From NCBI RefSeq assembly GCF_009914755.1, contig NC_060948.1: a stretch of DNA of 64,000 nucleotides; one strand, 5' to 3'. The notes beneath the pieces are model-generated. The model ran no database searches. It was given only the letters and a program-made list of their open reading frames with translations, and had not been told where the DNA came from. Source of the DNA: the human T2T-CHM13v2.0 reference genome, Homo sapiens. The stretch's first letter is position 1. The number at the start of each line of letters is the position of its first letter. Shown here one piece after another: positions 25,601 through 37,700 of the stretch. Both the position numbers and the translations under genes were made by a program.

Positions 25601-28394
25601 CATACCAGAATCTTGGGGATACATTTAAGGCAGTGTGTAGAGGGAAATTTATAGCACTAAATGCCCACAAGAGAAAGCAGAAAAGATCAAAAATCGACAG
25701 CCTAACATCACAGTTAAAAGAACTAGAGAAGCAAAAGCAAACACATTCAAAAGTTAGCAGTAGGTAAGAAATAACTAAGATCAGAGCAGAACTGAAGGAG
25801 TTAGAGACACAAAAAAACCCTTCAAAAAATCAGTGAATCCAGGAGCTGGTTCTTTGGAAAGATCAACAAAATTGATAGACTGCTAGCAAGACTAATAACG
25901 AAGAAAAGAGAGAAGAATCAAAGAGACACAATAAAAATGACAAAGGGGAGATCATGACTGATCCCACAGAAATAGAAACTACCATCAGAGACTACTAGAA
26001 ACACCTCTAGGCAAATAAACTAGAAAATCTAGAAAAAATGGATAAATTCCTTGACACACACTCCCTCCCAAGACTAAACCAGGAAGGAGTTGAATCTCTG
26101 AATAGAACAATAACAGACTCTGAAATTGAGGCAGCAATCAATAGCCTATCAACCAAAAAAAGTCCAGGACCAGATGGATTCACAGCCAAATTCTACCATA
26201 GGTACAAAGAAAAGCTGATACAATTCCTTCTGAAACTATTCCAATCAACAGAAAAAGAGGGAATCCTCCCTAATTCATTTTATGAGGCCAACAACATACT
26301 GATATCAAAGCCTGGCAAAGACAGAAAAACAAAAAATAATTTTAGACCAATATCCCTGATAAACATCGATGCAAAAATCCTCAATAAAATACTGCAGCAC
26401 ATCAAAAAGTTTATCCATCATGATCAAATCGGCTTCATCCTTTGGAAGTAAGGCTGGTTCAATATACACCAATAAATAAACATTATCCATCATATAAACA
26501 GAACAGCACTTCATGCTAAAAACTCTCAATAAATTAGGTATTGATGGGACATATCTCAAAATAATAAGAGCTATTTATGACAAACCCACAGCTAATATCA
26601 TACTGAATGGGCAAAAAATGGATGCATTCCCTTTGAAAACTGGCACAAGACAGGGATGGCCTCTCTCACCACTCCCATTCAACATAATGTTGGAAGTTCT
26701 GGCCAGGGCAATCAGGCAAGAGAAATAAATAAAGGTATTCAATTAGTAAAAGAGGAACTCAAATTGTCCCTGTTTGCAAATGACATGATTGTATATTTAG
26801 AAAACCCCATCGTCTCAGCCCAAAATCTCCTTAAGCTGATAAGCAACTTCAGCAAAGTCTCAGGATACAAAAGCAATGTGCAAAAATCACAAGCAGACCT
26901 ATACACCAATAACAAACAGAGAGCCAAATCATGAGTGAACTCCCATTCACAATTGCTTCAAAGAGAATAAAATGCCTAGGAATCCAACTTACAAGGGATG
27001 TGAAGGACCTCTTCAAGGAGAACTACAAACCACTGCTAAACAAAATGAAAGAGGACATGAACAAATGGAAGAATATTCCATGCTCATGGATAGGAAGAAT
27101 CAATATTGTGGAAAATGGCCATACTGCCCAAGGTGACTCATAGATTCAATGCCATCTCCATCAAGCTACCAATGACTTTCTTCACAGAACTGGAAAAACC
27201 TACTTTAAAGTTCATATGGAACCAAAAAAGATCCTGCATTGCCAAGACAATTCTAAGCCAAAAGAACAAAGCTGGAAGCATCATGCTACCTGACTTCAAA
27301 TTACACTACAAGGCTACAGCAACCAAAACAGCTTGGTATTGGTACAAAAACAGAGATATAGACCAATGGAACAGAATAGGGCCCTCAAAAATAATGCCAC
27401 ACATCAACAACCATCTGATCTGTGACAAACCTAACAAAAACAAGAAATGGGGAAAGGATTACCTATTTAATAAATGGTGCTGGGAAAACTGGCTAACCAT
27501 ATGTAGAAAGCTGAAACTGGATCTCTTCTTTACACCTTATACAAAAATTAATTCAAGATGGATTAAAGACTTAAATGTTAGACCTAAAACCATAAAAACC
27601 CTAGAAGAAAACTTAGGCAATACCATTCAAGCCATAGGCATGGGCAAGGATTCATGACTAAAACACCAACAGTAATGGCAACAAAAGCCAAAATTGACAA
27701 ATAGGAGCTAATTAAATGAAAGAGCTTCTGCACAGCAAAAGAAGCTGTCATCAGAGTTTCTTACACTGTTGGTGGGACATAAACTAGTTCAGCCATTGTG
27801 GAAGACAGTTTGGCAGTACCTCAAGGATGTAGAACAAGAAATGCCATGTGACTCAGCCATTCCGTTACTGGGCATATACCCAAAGGACTATAAATCATGC
27901 TGCTATAAAGACACATGCACAGATATGTTTAGTGTGGCACTACCGATAATAGCAAAGACTTGGAACCAACCAAATGTCCATCAATGACAGGCTGGATTAA
28001 GAAAATGTAGCACATATATGCCATGGAATACTATGCTGACATTAAAAAGGATGAGTTCATGTCCTTTGTAGGGACATGGATGAAGCTGGAAACCATCATT
28101 CTCAGCAAACTATCACAAGGACAGAAAAGCAGACACAGCATATTTTCACTCATAGGTGGGAATTGAACAATGAGAACACTTGGACACAGGGTGGGGAACA
28201 TCACACACTGGGGCCTGTCATAGAGTAGGGGGAGAGGGGAGGGATAGCATTAGGAGATATACCTAATGCAAATGATGAGTTAATGGGTGCAGCACACCAA
28301 CATGGCACATGTAGACATATGTAACTAACCTGCACATTGTGCACATGTACCCTAGAACTTAAAGTATAATAATAAAAATAAAAACAATAAAAAT
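22669..28394 (+). mobile_element. Full-length LINE-1 (L1PA5/6-like), inactivated, with internal deletions
   Basis: 5' end GGAGGAGCTTCCAAGATGGCAGAATAGGAACAGC; ORF1 23655-24679 and ORF2 24743-28166 both broken; RT motif reads FAND; A-rich tail; perfect 14-bp TSD aaattcttttccag at 22655-22668 and 28395-28408. Confidence 0.97.
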
Positions 28395-28419
28395 AAATTC
28401 TTTTCCAGAAGGGCATTCT

Positions 28420-28527
28420 TACACGGTTCAGAAATGGTTCAGAATCATAATAATGTTACATGGTTCAGAAATGGTTCAGAGCCATAATGCTACATGGTTC
28501 AGAAATGGTTCAGAATCATAATAATGT
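28420..28527. repeat. Three-copy ~37-bp tandem repeat
   Basis: Unit tacatggttcagaaatggttcagaatcataataatgt, copies of 37, 34 and 37 bp. Confidence 0.9.
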
Positions 28528-30774
28528 GACTTTTCTGCCTGGGAACTGCAAACAGTGGATATTTTCACATATCTCTGGGCCTATTGACTAGGTAATATAT
28601 CTCTCTTGCCAATGGCCTTCCCATATCCAGCTGTGTCATATTGTTAGATACAGCATCTAGGTAATGTGTCTCTGCTCTCCTGGCCAGATCCTGCCCACTG
28701 AAGAAATTGTGACATACCACTGAGTGCAAAACCTAGGTGACATTAATGTTCTCTTTGTCCTGAACTCTACCAAGAAAGGAAATTATTACATATTGCTGAG
28801 CCCAGCACCCAGGTGGTGTGATTTTCTTTTTTTACTGTAAACTGTCTACATTGGGCATAGTGACATATTACTTGAGGCTGTACCCAGGTGGTGTGGCTCT
28901 GCTGCCTGGTTTCTGCCCACATGTTAGATTGTGACATATAACTAGGGAAGCACCTAGTTGATATGACTTTTCTTTGTGGGCCCTTCATAATGAGGACACT
29001 GGGATGTATCTCTGAGCCCAAGACTGAAGTGAAGTGACTTTCAGCTTCTGCCTGGTCTTTACAAGAAGGGATTGTGACATATCGTAGAGGTCAGAAGTCA
29101 GGTTATTTGTCACTCCTTATTTTCTGGAACCATTCCCACCACCCGAATTTTTGGCCTATTGCAAGGTCCAGCACCCAGGCGATGTTTCTCTTTTGCCTGG
29201 GTCCTGCATACAGATAGAAGTATGGCATATTGCTGGGGCCAAAACTCTGATAATTTCCTGTTGAGAGCAGGACATTATCTCATGACTCATGACTGTCCTG
29301 GAGCCACAGAAGGTATTTTGACACATCCTGGGCCCATCATGTGGGTGTTCTGATATCTTTTGCCTGGGTTTCTTCCACAGGTAGGATGGTTTTGTTTTGC
29401 TCAGTCCAGCACCAATTTAATATGACTCTAATTCCTATACCCTGCCAAGCAAGGGAGGACATAGTGACAAGTTGCTTGGCACAGCACCAAAGAGATGTTA
29501 CCCTCCTGCATACATTTTGCCCACAAATGGGACTCTGACATATACCTTGATCTCAACATATGCCTTAGTTGAGATCACAGGCCTGGTGATCAGACTTATA
29601 TTGGAGTCAGCCAATAGGAGATATTTTGCCTCTCATCACTAGGCTTTGGGCAATGGGTAAGGCCCTGGGTTGCATATTTGTATGAAGCTCACAGAGCTTT
29701 ACAGCACTAACTCATAGTGTATAACCTCCTTGGGTGGTACAGAGAGTTTCAAGACAAGAACCAGCAAAATGTTCAGATTGGGATTCTTGGTTATGCACCC
29801 AAGTGAAAGTAAATGTTTCCATCCCACATGGCCAAAGCCCACTGTTAAGGTCCTGAGTCTAAAAAGTAAATACAGTAGAAAGTTGGAATTTTGACCTTCC
29901 TATGTGGATCTGACCACAGATGGGATAGCGACTCATTTTTACATCTAGCTCACAGGCATGACAATGGATCTCATTCCTTAACCCAGCCTGCAGAAGAGAT
30001 GTTGACTATAAAACTTGGGTTTAGGGCAATATGTTAAGATCGTGAATCTATACTACCATGTAGGGGTCAGAGTGGTTTGCCACTCTCACACGTGCTGTAT
30101 AAACCCTTAAAATGTTGTAGAGTGTCATACAACAGCCCAGGAAACATGGAAAATTGTGACTCTCATATACAAACCCAGCTCACATTCAATGGTGTCAACA
30201 TCAAAGACAAAAAGATTTGGCATATTACTAGGCCTAGTAACCAGGTGTTGTGAGTTTTTGGATTACATTTTTTTTCTGTTGGGTGCATTGTGACATATCA
30301 CTGGGTTAGAATTATAATAATGTGACTGTTCTGCCTGAGCCCTGCCAACAGGGCAAATTATCTCATATCTCTGGGCCTATAAGCTAGGTGATTTTTCTCC
30401 CCTCCCTGTGCACTGCCATCAGAACACATTGTGAAATATTGTTTGGCTTAACATCTAGGTTATGTGATTTCCTCCCCTGCCTGTGTCCTGCTCACCAAAA
30501 AAGTTTTGATGTACTGCTTATTGCAGAAACTATGTGATGTGACTCTTCTTCATATGCTAGGCCCTGCCAAGAAAGTGGATTATTACACACTGCAGAGCAC
30601 AGCACCTATGTGGAGTAACTCCTCTTTTTCTTATTCCCTTTCTATAGTGGGCTTGGGGACATATTATTTGAGGCTATATCCAGGTGATGTGACTCTTCTA
30701 AATAGGCCCACCCTATTAATGAGATTATAATGTATCAGCAGCTCAGCACCCAGGTGATGTCTCTCCTGCCTTTT

Positions 30775-31742
30775 TGTGGGGAAAAGCAAGAGAGATCAGA
30801 TTGTTACTGTGTCTGTGTAGAAAGAAGTAGACATAGGAGACTCCATTTTGTTATGTACTAAGAAAAATTCTTCTGCCTTGAGATTCTGTTAATCTATGAC
30901 CTTACCCCCAACCCCATGCTCTCTGAAACATGTGCTGTGTCAACTCAGAGTTGAATGGATTAAGGGCGGTGCAGGATGTGCTTTGTTAAACAGATGCTTG
31001 AAGGCAGCATGCTCCTTAAGAGTCATCACCACTCCCTAATCTCAAGTACCCAGGGACACAAAAACTGCGGAAGGCCGCAGGGACCTCTGCCTAGGAAAGC
31101 CAGGTATTGTCCAAGGTTTCTCCCCATGTGATAGTCTGAAATATGGCCTCGTGGGAAGGGAAAGACCTGACCGTCCCCCAGCCCGACACCCGTAAAGGGT
31201 CTGTGCTGAGGAGGATTAGTAAAAGAGGAAGGAATGCCTCTTGCAGTTGAGACAAGAGGAAGGCATCTGTCTCCTGCCTGTCCCTGGGCAATGGAATGTC
31301 TCGGTATAAAACCCGATTGTATGCTCCATCTACTGAGATAGGGAAAAACCGCCTTAGGGCTGGAGGTGGGACCTGCGGGCAGCAATACTGCTTTGTAAAG
31401 CACTGAGATGTTTATGTGTATGCATATCTAAAAGCACAGCACTTAATCCTTTACATTGTCTATGATGCCAAGACCTTTGTTCACGTGTTTGTCTGCTGAC
31501 CCTCTCCCCACAATTGTCTTGTGACCCTGACACATCCCCCTCTTTGAGAAACACCCACAGATGATCAATAAATACTAAGGGAACTCAGAGGCTGGCGGGA
31601 TCCTCCATATGCTGAACGCTGGTTCCCCGGGTCCCCTTATTTCTTTCTCTATACTTTGTCTCTGTGTCTTTTTCTTTTCCAAATCTCTCGTCCCACCTTA
31701 CGAGAAACACCCACAGGTGTGTAGGGGCAACCCACCCCTACA
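30775..31742 (+). mobile_element. LTR5_Hs solo LTR (HERV-K HML-2), intact, 968 bp
   Basis: TGTGGGGAAAAGCAAGAGAGATCAG...GGGGCAACCCACCCCTACA; perfect 6-bp TSD cctttt at 30769-30774 and 31743-31748; CpGs retained. Confidence 0.97.
31305..31572 (+). promoter_or_regulatory. LTR5_Hs TATA-like box (31305-31311) and polyadenylation signal (31567-31572)
   Basis: TATAAAA and AATAAA at the positions expected in HML-2 LTRs; activity not shown. Confidence 0.7.
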
Positions 31743-34700
31743 CCTTTTCCCTGCTCTCAGGTGAAATTTTAACATATATCTTAGTTAAGCACACGTGCAC
31801 AAAATAATAACCCTCATACTTGGACTCACACAGTAGAAATATTTTGACTCTCAGAGCCATGGGTAAAGTCCTGGATTTTTCACTTTTATAAACTTCATGA
31901 AGGATTATAACACTCAGATATATCATATGAAGTCTTAATGACAAAAAGTGTCAAACAGAGAACAGAAACAAGGGGCAGATGGGACTCTTGTATGCACATC
32001 TAGCTGGCATGATTGTCATTCTCACACAGAACAGGGCCTAGGAATGAGGCACTAAATCTCACACATAAAAAGCAGTTGAAGGTTGAAATAATTACTCTAA
32101 TTCAGGAATCTGATTCACTGGTGGTTTTGTAACATTTGAACCATGATTCAGCACACTGTGGTGCTCTGACTCCCCTGCTGGAACACAGTGTTCAAGTGGG
32201 ATTGGGGATCTTATACATGGATCTGGTTCCAGGCTGAGACTGTGACTCTTCTACTTCAACCCAATGCATAGGAACAGTTGACTCACATAAACAAAACCAG
32301 GACTTGTGTGGGATGTGAAATTTATTTCTGAACCTTTCTGATAGTGTGATTGGAACAAGATAACTTTCCCAACACATGACTAATATGACTCTTTTCTAGG
32401 CCCAGACCATGGAAGAAATTGGGCCATATGTGGAACAAGCGACTAAGCAATAGATCCCTTGTTTCATGGCTCTGCCTACAATGGGAACTGTTATATATCA
32501 TTGGGACCATCACCCAGGTGATGTGCATTATCTGCATAAAACTCATAAAACTACCTACAAAAAAATTGTGTTTTATATCTAGATCCATCACATAAGTGTT
32601 GTGGCTCCCTGCTACTGTTTTGGCCCTTCACTTACAGTGCATTGTGACACATAACCATGTACTGTACCCAGTTGATGTAATTCTTCTTTTTGGGTTCTGC
32701 TAACAGGAAGCATTGTAACATGTCACTTGGATCAGAACCTAGGTGGTGTTTCTTGGCTTTTGCCTGTACCTTGACCACAGGGAGATTGTGACATAAAGCT
32801 GGGCCCAGCACTAATGTGAGGCCACTCTCTGGCTTCTGTACTGCACTGAACAGACATTGTGACATATATCTAGGCCAATGGCCTTGGTGAAGTGAGGCTC
32901 CTCTCTTACCAAAGTCCTGCCAAGAGAGGGGGTTTTGATATGTCCGTGAAATTAGCATCCAGGTGATGTGACTCTTCCACCAGGTCCTTCCCACAAGGTG
33001 GATTGTGACATCTCACTGGAACTGCACCCACGTAGGTGATGAAGCTTGCTTTTTTTTTTTCTCTTGCCACAAGTGGTATTGTGCCATAAAGCAATGATTA
33101 TAACAGAAACCTAATAACAATTAATATGCCTGGAGCCTAGGACTTGTGCAGGATGGTGGCTGTTACTATTAAGCCTTTCCACAGGTGTAATTGTGACATA
33201 TACCTTTGCCCAACTACTGACTTATTTAATAATTCTGCCAAAGTATAGCCCATAAATGGGATTTTGACAAACACATTGGCCAAGCACTTTGGTAGTTTGA
33301 CTGAGGTACCTTAGAAATGTCCTCAGGGGAGATTGTAACTGATTCTTGGATGCTTCATCTACATGACTCTCCTCTTTTGCCTGTACCCTGCTTCCTTTGG
33401 TAATTGTAGCTCTTCTAAACACTGCATCCAAATGATATGACCCCTTGCCTGGGCCCTGTCAACAATAGGCATTTTGACATATTTTTGTGCCCATCATTTA
33501 GGTGATATTACTCTCCTCTCCTGCCTGGACACTGCCCACAAGGCACATTGTGCCACACAGCTGGATCTATCACACAAGTTTTGTGAGATTTCTGATAGGG
33601 CACAGAATACAAAAAAATTTTTTGAAATAATTCTAGCCCAGCATTTAGGTGATGTGGTTGTTCTGCCTGCTTCATAACCACAGAGGGAATTGTAACATAT
33701 ACCTAGGCATGGCTCACAGGCATGATAATGACTCTCATATGTGGACTCAGAAAATAGAGAATATTTTCACCCTTATAACTAAGTTTAGGGACACGTTTGA
33801 TGTCCTGGATCTCCTCCTTGTACAAAGGTCACAAAATATTACAACACTCACATACATTTTACAAAGTCTTTGGACTATACAGTCAGAGTCAAATTGGAGC
33901 TAAGCACCCAGGTGAAATTTTGAGTCTTGTATACCCACCCAGCTGAAGGTAAGGACTGTTATCATCTCACATGGATGAAGGCAACTGTCACACATGAAAA
34001 CAGGACATGTGTGGTATTGTAAATCTCATCTTTGGAATTTTATGACAGTGTGATTGTGATATAAATGTTTGCCAAGCACTTGTGTAATTTGACTCACCAG
34101 ACTTGTTCCAGCCCATATATGGGATTATGATTCCTACCGAGGCCAACATCGAGGTGATATGACTCTCCTACCTGGTCATATCTCTCAGTAAAGATTGTGA
34201 GATATCACTGGATCTAGCACCCTGGTGATGTTACATAGTTGCCTGTGCCAGGCTCACTAAAATTATTGTGACATATTTCTCTGTGCACTTCATAGTTGAT
34301 GTAAGTCTTCTCTCTGAAATGGGCACTGTACAACAGAAGGATAGTGACACACTGCAAGAACAGGCACACAGGCAAGGATATTCCTTTGCAGAGGATCCCC
34401 AAAGGAGGGCATTGTGACATATCTCTGGGCCTATCATCTAGGTTATGTGGCTTTACTGCTTGGGCCCTTCCAAACTTGAGAGTTACATATTTCTAGGCAA
34501 GGCACACAGGTGATGGTATTCTTTTGCCAGGGCTCTGCCTCATAGTGGACATGGTGACCTATCTCTGGGCCTATCACCTAGGTGAAATGATCCCCTCCTT
34601 GAGCCCTACACGTATGGAGCATTGTGGTATAATCAGAAAACATACACCTAGTATGATGTTTCTCTCTTGGCTGGGTGCTGCATTAAGAGAGCCTTTGATG

Positions 34701-37700
34701 TATCTCGGGACCCACCACCCAAGTGATGTGGCTATTCTGCCTGGTTTTTGCCCACAAGTCACAAAGTGACATATTCCTAGGGAAGCACGTAGGTGATGGG
34801 CCTCTCCTCTTCTACATGAGCCCTGCCTACTGGGGACATTAGGACATATCTCTGAACCCATGACCTAAGTGATGTGACTCTCCTTTTCTGCCCGATCATT
34901 CACAATAGGAGGATTTTGGCACATGGCTGAGCCCAGTACTTAGGATATGTGACTCTCTCCTTTTACCCAAACCATGCCCACAGGAAAGAAAGTTTGACTT
35001 ATTGCATTGCCCAGCACCCAGATGATGTTAACCATCTACCTGGAATCTGCATAAAGAGCTAATTATGATATATTACATATTGCTGGTCCCAGTACCCTTA
35101 TGATGTGACTTTCCTGCTTGTGCTGGAGCTACTAAGATATGTTGATGTATCTTGGGCATACTGTGCTGGTATTTTGGCTCTCATAACTTGGCTGAGTCTT
35201 TTCCCATATGCAGGATTGTATCATATTGCTGGGTCCAGCATTCAGCTAATGTGACTCAATTTCCTATACCCTGCCTAGAGAAGACATTGTGAAGTATTTC
35301 CTGGCACAGCATCAAAATGTCATTACCCTCCTGCCTAGTGTTTTTCACACGTATGTAATTATAATATATAACTGCTTCAGTTCACAGCCATGATGATCAA
35401 ACTTATATTGGGATTCAGCCAATAGAAAATATTTTGCCTTTCATTGTTAGGCTTGTGGAAATAGGTAAGGTCCTGGGTTGCATGTTTATACCAAGCTCAA
35501 GGAAGCTTACACCACTAAATTACATTGTATAAACTCTTTTGTGGTAGAAATTTTCATAACATGAGCCAGCAAAAAGTTCAGATTGGAAGTCTCTACTACA
35601 CCCCCGGGTGAAATTAGAAGTTGCAACCATCCCACATTTAGAAAACCCACTGTTGAGGTTCTGAGTTTAAAACCCTCACAGGCGGGTTTTTCATATGTCA
35701 CTAAAAGGAACTTCCAGGTGATGTGACTCTTCTTCCAGGGTCCTGACCACCAGGTGGATTGTCACATCTCACTGGAACTGCACCCACATAGGTGGTGTGA
35801 CTTTCTTGCCTTCTCTCTTACTACAGGAGATATGGTGTCATATACCTGAGACCATAATAAAAGACTAATAAAAACTCATATGTCTGGAGCCAGGACATGT
35901 ATAGGATGGTGAGCCTTATTTTCAAACCTTTCCACAAGTGTAATTGTATGTACACCTTTGTCTAGTGCCTGTGAAATTTAACACTTCCACCTAGGTACGT
36001 CCCACAAATGAGATTTTGACAAAACTTGGGTCACGGACATTGGTGATTTGACGGTGCTACCTTACCAATGTTTTCAGGGGGACTAGCCACATATTTCTGG
36101 ACCCATTATCTGGGGTATATGACTCTCCTTTTTGGCATGTACCCAGCTTACTTTAGTAATTGTAGCATTTCTAAACATTGCATCCAAATGACATGACACT
36201 CTCTTCTGAACCTTCTCAACAAGAGGAATTTTGACATATTTTTGGGTTTAGCTTTTAGGTCAACCACATTGGGTGATGTAACTCTCCTTTCTGGTATAGG
36301 TCTTGCACAAAGGAAGGATAGTGACATATTGCAAAGCCAGGCACACAGGTGGGGATATTTTTTTGCCAGAGCCATGCCCAAAGGAGGGTATTGTGACATA
36401 TCTCTGGTAGTATCACTTAGGTTATGCCGCTCTTCTACTTGGTCCCTGCCAACCTGGAGAGTGACATATTTCTAGGCCAGGCACACAGATGATGGTACTC
36501 TTTCCCCAGGGCTATGCTTCAAAAAGGACATTGTGACATATCTCTGGCCCTATCACCTAGTTGATATGACTCAATGTTTGGGCCTCACCCACAGAGAGCA
36601 TTGTGATACGAAAGTGAAACCTGCACCAAGGTGATGTAACTCTTTCACTTTGTTTCTCTTCTAAGGGGGACCTGTGACACATCTTAGCACCCAGCACCTA
36701 GGTAATGTGGCTCTTCTGCCTGGTTTCTGCCCATGTGTTAGATTGTGACTTATACATAAAGAAGCACATAGGAGATACTACTCTCCTTTTCTTTCTTAGT
36801 TCTGCCTACTGAGGACTTTGGGACCTATCTCTGACCCCATGACCTAAGTGATATGACTCTCTTCTCCTGTCACCCTTCAAAATGGTGGGGGTGGTGGTGG
36901 TTGTGAACATATTGCTGAGACCAGCATTTAGGTCATATGATTCTACTCTTTATTCTGAACCATGCACACAAAGAGCAATTTTGACCTATTGCACTCAGGT
37001 GATGTTACTCTTCTGCTACTGTCCTGAATAAAATGAGAATTATTGCAGAATGGTGGCCCCAGAACCCTGATGATGCTACTGTCCTGCTGGTTCCAGAGCC
37101 ACAGACACAATTTTTACAGGTCTTCAGCTTATTCTCTAGGTGTTTTGGCTCTCATCCCTTGGTTAATCTTTTTCTCAAGAAAAATTGTGTAATATTGTTG
37201 GGCCCAGCTCCCAGTTAATATGACCCTCCCCCTATATTCTTCCTAGGGAAGGCATTGTGACAAGTTGCTTACCACATAACCTAAGTGATGTTATTATTTT
37301 TCCTAATTTTTTTGTCCACAAATGAGATTATGACATATACTTTGCTCCACTTCGCAGGCATGATGGTCAAACTTATATTGGGATTCAACCAATAGAAGAT
37401 ATTTTGCCTCTAATCACAAGGCTTAGAGCAATAGGTAAAATCCTGGTTTGCATATTTGTACCAAACTCAGAGTAGTTTACAACACTAATTAGTATTGTAC
37501 AAACTCCTTTGGTGGTACAGAGAGTTTCATAACAAGGCCTAGCAAAAAGTTAAGATTGTAACTCTCAATTAGACACCCAGGTGAAAGTAAAAGTTGTCAC
37601 CATCCCACTTTTACAAAGCCCATTGTTGAGGAACTGAGTTCAACAGGTAAAAACACTTCAAATATGGAATTGTGACTCTTATTTGTGGATCTGGCCACAG

